From: Candidatus Latescibacterota bacterium
Lineage (GTDB): Bacteria > Latescibacterota > UBA2968 > UBA8231
Direction: 5' to 3'
Length of the DNA stretch: 64,000 nucleotides
NCBI GenBank assembly: GCA_965197905.1
Contig: CBDAOB010000005.1
Location: 2,400,001-2,464,000, forward strand
Positions 1-11,568 of this stretch are shown here, piece by piece. The position numbers were made by a program, and so were the translations under genes. Positions within the stretch are counted from its first letter, which is position 1; each line of letters starts with the position of its first letter. The notes under the pieces were generated by a model. It was not told the origin of the DNA, made no database searches, and saw nothing but the letters and a program-made list of their open reading frames with translations.

Positions 1-1723
<1,723 letters not shown>

Positions 1724-1729
1724 TTCGGC

Positions 1730-4489
1730 CTACCGGTTCTCAATCATAATTCGGCTTTTTAGATAGTGCCCGGTGCGTGAGCTGGTTGCCGCGACCACCT
1801 CCTCCGGTGTGCCCTTGGCAACAACGAGGCCTCCTTCTTCCCCCGCGCCCGGACCAAGGTCGATCAGATAATCAGAGCAGGCGATGAACTCGATGTGATG
1901 TTCGACCACAACGACACTATTACCCTGATCGACGAGTCGTTGGAGAAGATCGAGTAGATAGCGGATGTCCTCCATATGCAACCCGGTCGTTGGTTCGTCG
2001 AGCACGTAGATGGTTCGATCGTTTCGGGGCCGGCTGAGTTCGCTAGCCAGCTTTACTCGCTGAGCTTCCCCGCCCGAGAGACTTCGTGCAGTCTGTCCCA
2101 AGTGGATGTAGCCTAGTCCAACATCACTCAGAACCGCAAGGATCCTCACGACCTCCGGAATCGATTCGAACAGCTCCAATGCACCATCCACGTCGAGGTC
2201 CAGCACGTCGGCTATGTTGTGGTCGCGAAATCGGATATCCAGAACCTCCCGTTTGAATCGCCGGCCACTGCAAGTCCCACATTCAGCTTCAATTCCGTCG
2301 AGGAGATCGTCCCGACTGCCGGGGGTGCCCGAGCCGCCGCAGTCCAAACACATACCCTCGGGGGCGTTGAAACTGAAATGACCGGGGCGGTAAGCCCTCA
2401 TGCGCGCCTCGGGCATCTTGGCAAAAATGCGGCGGATGGGCAGCAACAATCCCGTGTAGGTCACGACCGTCGACCTCGGATTGAGACCGATCGGCTTTTG
2501 ATCGACACAGACGATCCGCTCCAGCTGTTCCCATCCAGTGCACGATTCGAACGCCAGGGGGTGCCGTTCCGATCCCTGCAGCTGCACTGCGAGGAGGGGA
2601 AATAACGTGCCGTGCACCAGAGAGCTTTTCCCCGACCCGGAGATCCCGGTGACACAGACCAAACAGTTGAGAGGGATCTCCACGTCCACGCTTTTCAGGT
2701 TGTGTCCACGCAGGCCCTGCAACCCGAGCCACCCTCCTGAGCCGGGTACGCGCCGAGCATTGCGACCGAGAGCAAGCCGGCCGCTCAGGTAGCGACCCGT
2801 CAGCGAATCGGATTCGCCAACCTGTCGCGGAGAGCCCTGGGCGACGACGTTCCCGCCTGCCTTGCCAGCACCGGGGCCCATATCGATAAGCAAGTCCGCT
2901 TTGGACAAGATTTCGGGGTCGTGTTCAACCACCAACACTGTGTTTCCCAAGTCCCCCAATCGCCGCAGCGCTTCGAATAGTTTCTCCACGTCGCTCGCGT
3001 GCAATCCCATAGTTGGCTCGTCGAGGATATAGAGTACCTGGGTCATTTCGGAGCCCAACGCGGAGGCCAGGCGCAGACGTTGCAGTTCGCCGCTGGACAG
3101 CGTATCGCTGCGTCGATCGAGCGTTAGATAACCCAAACCCAAACCATCGATGGTTTCCAGCGATCTCCCCAGCGCCGACCCGATTACCTGGCCGATCAGA
3201 GCGTTGGCCCCATGCGGATTCCACTCTCGGAAAAAGGCAAGTGCGGCGACGACCGATTTTTGGCAGATCGTGGCAAGGCTCTCCCCGCCGATCTTTATCG
3301 ACTTTACCTCAGGGCGATACCGGGTGCCTCCGCAGACCTCACAGGGACTATCACCCAACCGATCTTCGAGCCAGTCAAGCTCCCCGCCGGACGCCTTTGC
3401 GCGCAGCTGGTCCACAAGCTTTGCCAGCCCGGGGAACCCGCTCCGCCCTTTCTTCCCCTTCCACAAAACCTCGCGGGAAGAATCGGGAAATTCGGCTATG
3501 GCCAGCTCCAGGCTCAGGTCGTTCTTCTTGCAGAACCGGTCGACGTGGGTGAACAGATTCTCGTGACCGTACTCGCGCCAAAGGGGACCTAGCGCCTCGA
3601 TCAGGCTTGACCTGCCCCCATCGAACAACTGCTCGAACTGCACGCCACTCTGGGTCCCCATGCCTAGACAGCTTTGGCATGCTCCTTGAGGGCTATTGAA
3701 AGAAAACAGACTTTCCGTTATGTCGATGAACGGTTCACCGCACTCGATGCAACATGGCCGAATGGCAAAAGACAACTCCTCCTCTCTCCCCTCCACAACT
3801 ACCTGCGCCTGTCCATCACCCAAATCCAGTGCCGCGTGCAACGAACCCCGAAGGCGGCGGCGGGAATTCTGATTGACCGTCAGCCGATCGACCGCTACTT
3901 CCAAAGAGGAGATGCCAGAAAGACTCAAATCGTCGACGATATGCAGCTGACCCTCAATTCGCAGCCGGCGGTACCCACTGCGTTCCACCCAGTCGGCCAG
4001 TTCCTCGTCGGACTCCCCCTTTTGACGACGACGTGGGGCGAGAACCAGCAACTTCGTCTCGGCCTGCATTCCCGCCAGGATCTCATACGCCTCTTCGAAG
4101 CGCTGCGACGTCACTTCCCCTCCGCAACGCAGGCAGAATGGGGTTCCAACGCGCTCGAAGAGCAGCCGCATCTGATTGTGGACCCCGGCCAGCGTCGCCA
4201 CCGTAGAGCGAGGATGGTGATGCAGACGATCCTGTGACAGCGCGATGGCGGGCAACAATCCCTCGATACTCCGTACCTTGGGTGCACGTCCCATGCGGTT
4301 GACGCCGCGTTTCGCCATCGTCCATAGATACCTGCGGCGAGCTTCCGCGTACAGCGTGTCGAAGACGAGCGACGTCTTTCCGGAACCCGAAAGTCCGCTC
4401 ACCGCGCTGAGCTGACCATGGGGAATATCGACGCTTACGGACTGCAAGTTATGTTCTTCGGCACCTCGGATCGATATGGCGGTTCTCAA
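1730..4489 (-). CDS. uvrA: UvrA-family excinuclease ABC ATPase (divergent)
   Basis: Two Walker A motifs (GLSGSGKTS, GISGSGKSS), signatures LSSGELQR and LSGGEAQR, two LDEPT, CxxC zinc fingers. Start placed at TTG 4489 behind an AGGAG SD, before IRGAEEHNL. Confidence 0.85.
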   Translation of the reverse strand: MRTAISIRGAEEHNLQSVSVDIPHGQLSAVSGLSGSGKTSLVFDTLYAEARRRYLWTMAKRGVNRMGRAPKVRSIEGLLPAIALSQDRLHHHPRSTVATLAGVHNQMRLLFERVGTPFCLRCGGEVTSQRFEEAYEILAGMQAETKLLVLAPRRRQKGESDEELADWVERSGYRRLRIEGQLHIVDDLSLSGISSLEVAVDRLTVNQNSRRRLRGSLHAALDLGDGQAQVVVEGREEELSFAIRPCCIECGEPFIDITESLFSFNSPQGACQSCLGMGTQSGVQFEQLFDGGRSSLIEALGPLWREYGHENLFTHVDRFCKKNDLSLELAIAEFPDSSREVLWKGKKGRSGFPGLAKLVDQLRAKASGGELDWLEDRLGDSPCEVCGGTRYRPEVKSIKIGGESLATICQKSVVAALAFFREWNPHGANALIGQVIGSALGRSLETIDGLGLGYLTLDRRSDTLSSGELQRLRLASALGSEMTQVLYILDEPTMGLHASDVEKLFEALRRLGDLGNTVLVVEHDPEILSKADLLIDMGPGAGKAGGNVVAQGSPRQVGESDSLTGRYLSGRLALGRNARRVPGSGGWLGLQGLRGHNLKSVDVEIPLNCLVCVTGISGSGKSSLVHGTLFPLLAVQLQGSERHPLAFESCTGWEQLERIVCVDQKPIGLNPRSTVVTYTGLLLPIRRIFAKMPEARMRAYRPGHFSFNAPEGMCLDCGGSGTPGSRDDLLDGIEAECGTCSGRRFKREVLDIRFRDHNIADVLDLDVDGALELFESIPEVVRILAVLSDVGLGYIHLGQTARSLSGGEAQRVKLASELSRPRNDRTIYVLDEPTTGLHMEDIRYLLDLLQRLVDQGNSVVVVEHHIEFIACSDYLIDLGPGAGEEGGLVVAKGTPEEVVAATSSRTGHYLKSRIMIENR

Positions 4490-4603
4490 CGTGACGCTCC
4501 TAAACGGTTTGACCAGGAACCCGCCGAGGCTGCTTGACAGAGCGGGCCGTACTCGATTATCAATTAGGAACCCAATCGGTGCGATAACTGCGAAAGGTTT
4601 GGC

Positions 4604-5344
4604 ATGCGGAAGCTGGTTCCTGCGTTGTTCTGCTCGTTGTTCTTGGCCGGGTCGGCAGACGCTCAATTTCAGATCAGTTCGAGCCAAGGCCGCAAGCTCT
4701 TCAACTCTCCCGCGACAAGCACGAACGGTCTGTCGTGTGCCAACTGCCATGCCCACTTCGACGAATCCAAACTGAATGACGGCTTGATTCGTGCCGGACA
4801 CAGTCTTTACAATGCCGCCAAGCGGACGACGTTCTGGGGAAAGGATCCCGAGCTTCCCGGGGCGTTTCCGGATATCTCCTCGGCCGCCGCTATCTGTGTG
4901 AAACAGTTTATGCTCAACGATCATGGGCTGACTGCTGAGCAGATTCAGGTCTTGCAGCTCTACCTCGATTCCATAACCCGGCGGGCTTTGCCCGCTCCGC
5001 TCCCGATCGCTCCCGCTGCTGACAAAACCGGTCGATACGACGGGTTCGAAGACGGAAACAAGCTTCTCGGACGCGACCTGTTTTATGCCGCCTGCAATGT
5101 CTGTCATCCCAACGCCAACGCGGGTATCGCCCCCAACCCGATCCCGCGAAATCGTCCGGCGTCGTACTACGCCAAGATCATTCGCGAAGGGGATGGGCTT
5201 GGTGCGGTGCTGTCGGGCGTAGATCCGAATGCCTACCTGGACGGGTCGGGTAAGTTCATGCCCTTCTTTGGCGCGGATCGCCTCTCCAAGGAGCAGATAC
5301 GGCATATCGTCGCCTTCGTAAAGAGCTTGCCGCCCTCTCAGTAA
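4604..5344 (+). CDS. Exported di-heme c-type cytochrome
   Basis: Signal peptide, CANCH and CNVCH heme motifs, C-terminal KFMPFF possible Met ligand. Confidence 0.85.
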   Translation: MRKLVPALFCSLFLAGSADAQFQISSSQGRKLFNSPATSTNGLSCANCHAHFDESKLNDGLIRAGHSLYNAAKRTTFWGKDPELPGAFPDISSAAAICVKQFMLNDHGLTAEQIQVLQLYLDSITRRALPAPLPIAPAADKTGRYDGFEDGNKLLGRDLFYAACNVCHPNANAGIAPNPIPRNRPASYYAKIIREGDGLGAVLSGVDPNAYLDGSGKFMPFFGADRLSKEQIRHIVAFVKSLPPSQ

Positions 5345-5357
5345 GCTCGAGTCGCGG

Positions 5358-6665
5358 CTACCGCTGCGTTCGATATACCTTCCTGGTTCCCACCTGGAGA
5401 AGTCGAACGAAGTGGTAACCGAACGTAAACACCATCCAAATGACCGCCATCTGAAACCCCAAACCCGGATAGCCCACGAGGGCACCGAGGGTGAAGATCA
5501 ACAAGGTGATATTTCTGCGGGCAGCGATCAGGTGGAAGCTGGCGTCCACGGGGCTGAAATCGAAAATCTCTTTCCCAACCAGGCGTTTGAAGCTGCCGCT
5601 GACGACCTTGTCGAGCGCGAAGACGGCTATGCCGGTGACTGTCCATAACAGTTCAGCACCAGACGCCGCGGATCCAACCGAGCCCAGATACCAACCGAAG
5701 GCGGCGTACCACAACGCCAAGCCGGGCGCTGCCACAATGTGTTCGATAGCGCCCATCCTGTCGCTTAATTGAAGCCGGAGCCGGGCGAGCTTGCCGTCTA
5801 TGGAGTCCAGCAGGACACCCATCCACGCCGAAGAGATTCCGGCAGCCAGATGACCGGTAGCAATACATGGAATAGCCCCCCAGATACCGAGGATGGACAT
5901 CGACGTCAGAAGATTGGGCGCAATGGAGGTAAAGCTCAACGGATAGGTGATGCACCGCACAAGGTGGTAATAGCCATATCGCGCAACCGCGTCGATGACC
6001 CCTTTGAAGGTGCGTCGGTACATTAGCCGACCCAGCGGAGCGAGATCCGCGGGTGAGAGGACGCGTTTCATCATCGGTTCCATGGTCAGCCTCAACGCCG
6101 GCACGTAGTGTCCGATGTCACGAGAGGCGATGGTCTCCAGTTCCTTCCCGGGCAGGATAAGTGGCACTCCAGTTGTTGCCGACGAATCATCGTTGACCTC
6201 GTCGATATCTCTGACGATCTGCTTTACCTGTCCGGCAGTCAGATAGGCTGCAGCCTCGGCGTTGCGGCCAATCACTCTGCACCCGGGACCGGACTGCAGC
6301 AGGTGAACCAGTACTCGATCGTCGTAGACCACGTCCCCCTCCAGCAGAACCACATCGTCCTCCATGTGACCAAGCTCCCGAGCCAACGCGGAAAGCGTCT
6401 CGACATCAACGACGATCAGATCGAGGCGGTAGAGATGGTGCAGGTCGCGACGCCACCTGCTCACCTCATGGGCGCTAAACTGGGAAACCCAAATGTGGAA
6501 CCGTTCAACGCCAAGGAGCGCCATTTCGCGAATCTGACGCTCCACGATGTTCATGCCCCAGAGTTGATACCCCGATGCCTTGCGCCTGGCGTCGATGCAG
6601 ACTATTAGCGGACGCTTTTTTTTCATCAAATCGGGAGAGAATTCTGGAGATTCTGATCCATTCAT
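5358..6665 (-). CDS. CDP-alcohol phosphotransferase with N-terminal degenerate nucleotidyltransferase-like domain
   Basis: APNLLT and DSIDGKLAR (DxxDGxxAR) motifs plus TM helices; N-terminal LWGMNIVERQI...LLEGDVVYD. Confidence 0.8.
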   Translation of the reverse strand: MNGSESPEFSPDLMKKKRPLIVCIDARRKASGYQLWGMNIVERQIREMALLGVERFHIWVSQFSAHEVSRWRRDLHHLYRLDLIVVDVETLSALARELGHMEDDVVLLEGDVVYDDRVLVHLLQSGPGCRVIGRNAEAAAYLTAGQVKQIVRDIDEVNDDSSATTGVPLILPGKELETIASRDIGHYVPALRLTMEPMMKRVLSPADLAPLGRLMYRRTFKGVIDAVARYGYYHLVRCITYPLSFTSIAPNLLTSMSILGIWGAIPCIATGHLAAGISSAWMGVLLDSIDGKLARLRLQLSDRMGAIEHIVAAPGLALWYAAFGWYLGSVGSAASGAELLWTVTGIAVFALDKVVSGSFKRLVGKEIFDFSPVDASFHLIAARRNITLLIFTLGALVGYPGLGFQMAVIWMVFTFGYHFVRLLQVGTRKVYRTQR

Positions 6666-6684
6666 ACGGCGGGTTGCAAACGAC

Positions 6685-7395
6685 TCATCGCAACAGAGGC
6701 AGCACCGTCCCCAGGGCCCGCTTGTAGTCGTCCAGAGAATCTATTTCGGTCCAGGGAAGATCCCCCGCTTCCACCGCGTGAAGACAGCTTGCTTCAATCA
6801 GCTTGCCGTACGCAGATGTGGGAAAGGCGTTTTCGTGACCGCTCTCGATCAACAACTCCACCTCCGACCGCAGCGAAGCAGCGCCCTGGGCATCGAATTT
6901 GGCCAGTTGCATACTCTGAGCCATCGCAACCGCTGGATCTAGTGATTTGCTGATCCTCGTAATGCGTTGTTTCGCGTCGGTAGTGACGTTCATCTCGTTC
7001 GCCGTCAGTTGCCTTCGCGAATCTACGGCTACGGCGTTGGCAAACGGGGCATCGAGCAAACGCCTGAGCACCGAATCGTGGAAGAGAATGTCGCAATTGA
7101 AAAGAAACAGGTCCGTGTTCAGCTCCTCGCGGGCTAGATACAGAGAATATATGCTATTGGTCGTCCTGAACTGGTCGTTTTCGACGTACCGCACGCAGGT
7201 CCCCAGGTGCTCCCTGACCTGAGGTGCTTGATACCCGATCACCAGCACGATGTCCTCGACGCCACAGCTGTGCAACGCGTCGATCTGGTGCTGAATGAGA
7301 GGTTTCTCCCCGGCGTTGACCAGGCATTTGGGAAGGTTGTTGGTAAGCGGATGAAGTCGTGAGCCGATTCCGGCGGCCAGAATAAGTGCCCGCAT
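6685..7395 (-). CDS. Phosphocholine/sugar-phosphate cytidylyltransferase family (LicC/IPCT-like)
   Basis: ILAAGIGSRL...PKCL, TNSIYSL, NCDILF, WTEIDSLDD. Confidence 0.85.
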   Translation of the reverse strand: MRALILAAGIGSRLHPLTNNLPKCLVNAGEKPLIQHQIDALHSCGVEDIVLVIGYQAPQVREHLGTCVRYVENDQFRTTNSIYSLYLAREELNTDLFLFNCDILFHDSVLRRLLDAPFANAVAVDSRRQLTANEMNVTTDAKQRITRISKSLDPAVAMAQSMQLAKFDAQGAASLRSEVELLIESGHENAFPTSAYGKLIEASCLHAVEAGDLPWTEIDSLDDYKRALGTVLPLLR

Positions 7396-7441
7396 TACTC
7401 AGACCTCGAGATTCTTACCGCGTCCCTTGGGCGAGGCGCAG

Positions 7442-7609
7442 CTAGTGCCCTGTATCGGAAGTAGGCTTGTGAAATGAGGACACCGAGTCGCCCGGTCTGC
7501 AAGGCACGCGATCGAGGCGTATTGGTGAAATACGCCGAGTGAGCGTAACACGGCAGAGCGGGATGAATCGGCGAATTAATACAGGCATATTTTCGATACA
7601 GGGCACTAG
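7442..7609. mobile_element. MITE-like element with 29-bp imperfect terminal inverted repeats bounded by CTAG
   Basis: 7442-7470 CTAGTGCCCTGTATCGGAAGTAGGCTTGT matches the reverse complement of 7581-7609 (CTAGTGCCCTGTATCGAAAATATGCCTGT) at 25/29, first 16 perfect. Intergenic, no transposase. Confidence 0.6.
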
Positions 7610-7631
7610 GTTCCGATATGCCAATAGTCTG

Positions 7632-7910
7632 CTAGGCGGAATATTCGGATAGAGAGCGTTCCAGCTCGGAAGGATCAACTTGCTCACCGCTGTTCAGACG
7701 TTCAATGACCGATTCGATCACTTCCTTTGCTGCGTCGGCAGTTTTGTCGCTGCGAATAAAACCATCGAAATAATGGTCACCCGTCATCGCCGCATCTATC
7801 TCTTGATCCTTGTTGTGGTCGTCGAGCTCGGTGAAATAGACCACATTGTAGCGCTGGTTGTAGGAGGACTCGCGGTACACCTCGAACATGATTTTGTCTA
7901 TTGCCGGCAT
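7632..7910 (-). CDS. Small acidic hypothetical protein downstream of the CoA-activase-like gene
   Basis: 92-aa ORF with protein-like composition, co-oriented with the upstream activase genes. Confidence 0.7.
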   Translation of the reverse strand: MPAIDKIMFEVYRESSYNQRYNVVYFTELDDHNKDQEIDAAMTGDHYFDGFIRSDKTADAAKEVIESVIERLNSGEQVDPSELERSLSEYSA

Positions 7911-7990
7911 CAGAATATTCTCGCCCCGTTGGTTTTTTCGAACATAAGAAAGCTTGAGTCGATGGTCCAGTGAGAGAATGCCCCGCGTAC

Positions 7991-8028
7991 ATAGGAACGG
8001 CGTGCTCGCTTCGCACGCCGTTTCCTAT
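7991..8028. terminator. Strong hairpin after the activase gene (terminator or mRNA stabiliser)
   Basis: ATAGGAACGGCGTGC-tcgcttc-GCACGCCGTTTCCTAT with one bulge, 24 nt downstream of the stop at 8052; no clear U-tract. Confidence 0.5.
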
Positions 8029-8051
8029 TAACAAGATGCAGCTTGGAATTC

Positions 8052-11000
8052 TTACGCGACGAGTTCGGGTTCTGCGTTGGATACTCCGACGCTCTCCATC
8101 ACGCCAGACTCGTACTCTTGGCGCAGCTCTCGCTCGAAGTCCGCCAACTGCTCCTCGACCTGGCTCCGGGTGTCGAGCTTGCGCACCAGGTCTTCCCGGT
8201 AACGGCGCAAGAAATAGTCGATCGTCTCAACCCTGATCCTGATCGACCCCGTCGGTCTGTTCTCGTCTACATCCTTGAAACAGAAATAAGGTGTCCCGGA
8301 ATTCTGCACGGTTTCTTCCACCACCGTGTAGATGGGAGCATCGTGACCGCATTTGAAGCTGGAAAGCTCCAGAGCGACCAAGTTCGGGTGTCGGGCAGTA
8401 AACTTCGCTGCCCACACCTTGCGGTTCGTATTCTCGCTGTAGGAGTTCTTCCACGCGTCGGCGATATCCAGCGGATGGTTGATCACCCCTTCCTCAACGT
8501 CCTCTCCGAACAGGCGCTGGAGGATGTCATCGTCGATGGGAAGGCTGTCCTGGGTCAACACCGGATAACCCAGCTTCTGGAACTCTGCCAGGATTTCGTG
8601 GCATGCCCCCGGGTCGTTGTGGTACGGGCGGGCCAGCAGCACGATGCCGATTCGTTTCTCCGATTCCAGTTGTTCGAGAATCTCGCGACCTTGACGGCGC
8701 TGGTCGGCGTTGTAGCGATCCAACGCTGCGTAACCTTCCTCTATGGCGCGCTCGTTTTCCTTCCTGGACACACCGAGAACGTGTTCAAATTGCTCGAACA
8801 TCTGACGTTCCAGCAATTGCGGCTCGCTCGGATTCACGAACGTGTCTATGAACTGGATACCCATCTCGGCGAAAAGGTCACCCTCTTTCGTGAAGGCCGC
8901 CTTCACTGCTGCCGGCGTCGTGGCAACGGTGGGACAGGCGCGACAATCCTGCGTACCTTTCAGATCAGTCGGCAGGCAGTCAATCATGGGGAAGAAGATG
9001 GCATCCAACGCCGATTTCTTGTGATGGGTGTGTATCAGATTGTGGACGTGCGGGATGCAGAGCTTCGACGGAAAACACGGATCCACCGAACCCCGCTTGG
9101 CTCCTTCCTTGTACATCTCCTCGGAGGTGAAGTCCGAATAGACGAGGTTCCTTCCCTTGACCCCGAGGCTCTCGAAATACGCGCTGAACAGCGGGTTTAA
9201 CGAATACATGTTGAGCACTTTGGGGATCCCGATGCGGATGCTCTCCCGATTTTTCATCTGTTCCACGCGCCGCTTTTGCGTTTTGTTGAGACTAAGCCGT
9301 GGCAATGGGTCGGCCACCTCCGCCGGTTTCATCGACCGAAAGACATCGGTGGCAGCCACCTCCTGAAGGTTCGGGTAGGAGCCCCGATTCTCGTCCATGC
9401 CTTTCTTGATCACCTTCATCGCTTCCACATCCTCCACCAGGCCCCGTTCGCATGAATTGCCGACAATGAGCCGCTTCGTCCCGTCTTCGATCGGAATCTT
9501 GGATTTTCGCGGCGGCTCGACGGCCTCGCTCGCGGATTTTACCTTCACGTCGATGAAGGAGCGCAGACATTTATTCTTGCAGAAGAAACATCTCGTATCC
9601 TCGCTGCGATGCGTCGTGTAGCCGATCTTGCTGACCTCATCCAGGCCGATGAAGGTTGACTCCCGCCCGTTCTCCCAGAGACGGACCGCCTCGATAGCGG
9701 CGCCAATCGCGCCGGATTCGCCGCAGTGTTCGTGAACGATGATCTTCGGTTCCACGTCCTTGGAGTTGAAGCGCGACTCAATGAAATCGACCTGTGACTT
9801 CACGGCGGCCATGTTCTTCTGGGTGCCACCTTGAAGCACGAAATTGGTGCCCAACGCCGCCAGGTTGGGGATCTGCGCCACGTAGAGCCAGATGTTTTTG
9901 GGCAATACGGCGGCGAGCCCCGCCATAATCTCTTCCGCTTTCCAACCCTGTCGCTGGAAATCGACGATATCCGACTGCATGAATACGGCGCAACCATAAC
10001 CGAAGATCGGCATCGTTTCGGCGGTAAACGCGGTATCGGCGTACTCTTCAACCGGAATACCGAATCCGCTCGCCGTCGATTGGAGGAAATAGCCGTTGCC
10101 GGCGGAACATTGGGTGTTGAGCTTGAAATCTTTAACCTGGCGATTCTTCAGGACGATGATTTTGATGTCCTGTCCTCCCACATCGCAAATAACATCGACG
10201 TCTTCGTAGAATTGCAGTGCCGATTCGGTGTGAGCCACCGTTTCCACCAGCGCAACGTCCGCGCTGAGCACGTCCCCAAGGATGTCCTTGGCGTAACCCG
10301 TAGTCCCGACGCCCGCCACTTCTAGCACGGCACCTGGTCCTTCCACCTGCTGTCGCAGTAGGTCGAGGACTTCCATCGTGTCTTCGATCGGATTGCCCTT
10401 GGAAAGCTGATATGTCTTCACAAGGACGTTCCGGTTTTCGTCGAGTAGCACCGCTTTCGTAGAGGTGGATCCACCGTCAAGACCGATAAAACCTTTTACC
10501 ACCTGACCCGGTTCAAAGGTGGCGGGGATGAACTTCTTCTCCTTGAACCGCTCTTTGAATTCCTCGAGCTCATCGGTCGACTTACTAAGGCCACTGCCTC
10601 CGGCCTTGGCCTTGTCCTCCAGGCGGCCGAACTCGATGTAATGTTCCAGTGCTTCGGTACCCTGGTACACGCCGACGTCGGCGTCTTCCTGCTTGCCGAA
10701 CTCGACGGCTCCGATCGCAGCAAAGTACTGAGCGTTGTCGGGCACCTTTATGAGTTCCTTGGGATCGACGCCCGCAGGCAGCGGATATTCTCGTTCCTCC
10801 CAAATCTTTGGAATGTTGTGCTTCCACGCTTCGACCATACCACGGATGTAGGTGTTGGGACCACCAAGTAGCAAGACATGCGGGCGCAGTGTATTACCCC
10901 GTGTCAGCACAGAAAGGTTTTGGCCGACGATAGCCTCGAAGAGAGAGGCCATTAGCTGGTCTGTAGGCACACCCATTTTTTGAAGCGAATTGACGTCCGT

Positions 11001-11546
11001 CTCGGCGAAAACACCGCACTTTCCTGCCACGGGATGCAGCTTTACGTCGTAGTACCCCTGGTCGCACAGCTCTTCGGCAGGAATACGTAGTTTAGCGTTG
11101 ATCTTGTCGATGACGGCACCGGTGCCGCCGGCACATTTGTCGTTCATCGAAGGGATTTTTTGTTTCTTGCCTGTCTCGGGGTCCTCCTTGAAGATGATGA
11201 TCTTGGCGTCCTGCCCTCCGAGCTCGATCACCGACCCCGCCTCTGGATACAGCTTTTCCACGGCGAGCGAAACGGCATTCACCTCCTGGACGAACTTTGC
11301 GCCCAGATGGGGCACGAGATTGTTGCCGCCACTGCCGGTTATGAAAATCCGGTAGTTACCCGCCGGCGCGCCGAGGGTTGCTTCGATCTCCTTCAGCAGC
11401 TCCAGCGTCTTTTCTGGTTGTCTGGTGTCGTGGCGCTGGTAGTCTCTCCAGACGATTTCGTCGGTTGCCGCATCCACCACGACGGCTTTTACTGTCGTGG
11501 AGCCGACGTCCATACCAATTTCCAGCTGCCTGGCTTTGCCGTTCAT
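8052..11546 (-). CDS. BadF/BadG/BcrA/BcrD double-activase plus reductase-domain protein (PlsA/Ger-like)
   Basis: Two ASKHA modules (DVGSTTVK..GGQDAK..CAGGTG..CGVFAE; DGGSTSTK..GGQDIK..CSAGNG..CAVFMQ), CxxCxxxC..C cluster, then a 2-hydroxyacyl-CoA dehydratase-like region (IGIPKVL, PCFPSK, ARPYH, FKCGHD). Confidence 0.85.
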   Translation of the reverse strand: MNGKARQLEIGMDVGSTTVKAVVVDAATDEIVWRDYQRHDTRQPEKTLELLKEIEATLGAPAGNYRIFITGSGGNNLVPHLGAKFVQEVNAVSLAVEKLYPEAGSVIELGGQDAKIIIFKEDPETGKKQKIPSMNDKCAGGTGAVIDKINAKLRIPAEELCDQGYYDVKLHPVAGKCGVFAETDVNSLQKMGVPTDQLMASLFEAIVGQNLSVLTRGNTLRPHVLLLGGPNTYIRGMVEAWKHNIPKIWEEREYPLPAGVDPKELIKVPDNAQYFAAIGAVEFGKQEDADVGVYQGTEALEHYIEFGRLEDKAKAGGSGLSKSTDELEEFKERFKEKKFIPATFEPGQVVKGFIGLDGGSTSTKAVLLDENRNVLVKTYQLSKGNPIEDTMEVLDLLRQQVEGPGAVLEVAGVGTTGYAKDILGDVLSADVALVETVAHTESALQFYEDVDVICDVGGQDIKIIVLKNRQVKDFKLNTQCSAGNGYFLQSTASGFGIPVEEYADTAFTAETMPIFGYGCAVFMQSDIVDFQRQGWKAEEIMAGLAAVLPKNIWLYVAQIPNLAALGTNFVLQGGTQKNMAAVKSQVDFIESRFNSKDVEPKIIVHEHCGESGAIGAAIEAVRLWENGRESTFIGLDEVSKIGYTTHRSEDTRCFFCKNKCLRSFIDVKVKSASEAVEPPRKSKIPIEDGTKRLIVGNSCERGLVEDVEAMKVIKKGMDENRGSYPNLQEVAATDVFRSMKPAEVADPLPRLSLNKTQKRRVEQMKNRESIRIGIPKVLNMYSLNPLFSAYFESLGVKGRNLVYSDFTSEEMYKEGAKRGSVDPCFPSKLCIPHVHNLIHTHHKKSALDAIFFPMIDCLPTDLKGTQDCRACPTVATTPAAVKAAFTKEGDLFAEMGIQFIDTFVNPSEPQLLERQMFEQFEHVLGVSRKENERAIEEGYAALDRYNADQRRQGREILEQLESEKRIGIVLLARPYHNDPGACHEILAEFQKLGYPVLTQDSLPIDDDILQRLFGEDVEEGVINHPLDIADAWKNSYSENTNRKVWAAKFTARHPNLVALELSSFKCGHDAPIYTVVEETVQNSGTPYFCFKDVDENRPTGSIRIRVETIDYFLRRYREDLVRKLDTRSQVEEQLADFERELRQEYESGVMESVGVSNAEPELVA

Positions 11547-11568
11547 CGCTCGCTCCGGATCGGTTGCT

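Noticed and set aside
4490..5485. Apparent 330-aa N-terminal extension of UvrA (1251-aa ORF)
   Set aside because: It is the open antisense frame of the cytochrome c gene; UvrA homology and an SD point to TTG 4489.
8043..9200. Long plus-strand ORF (and similar ones such as 59695-60774)
   Set aside because: Fully antisense to well-supported genes; typical GC-rich shadow ORFs.
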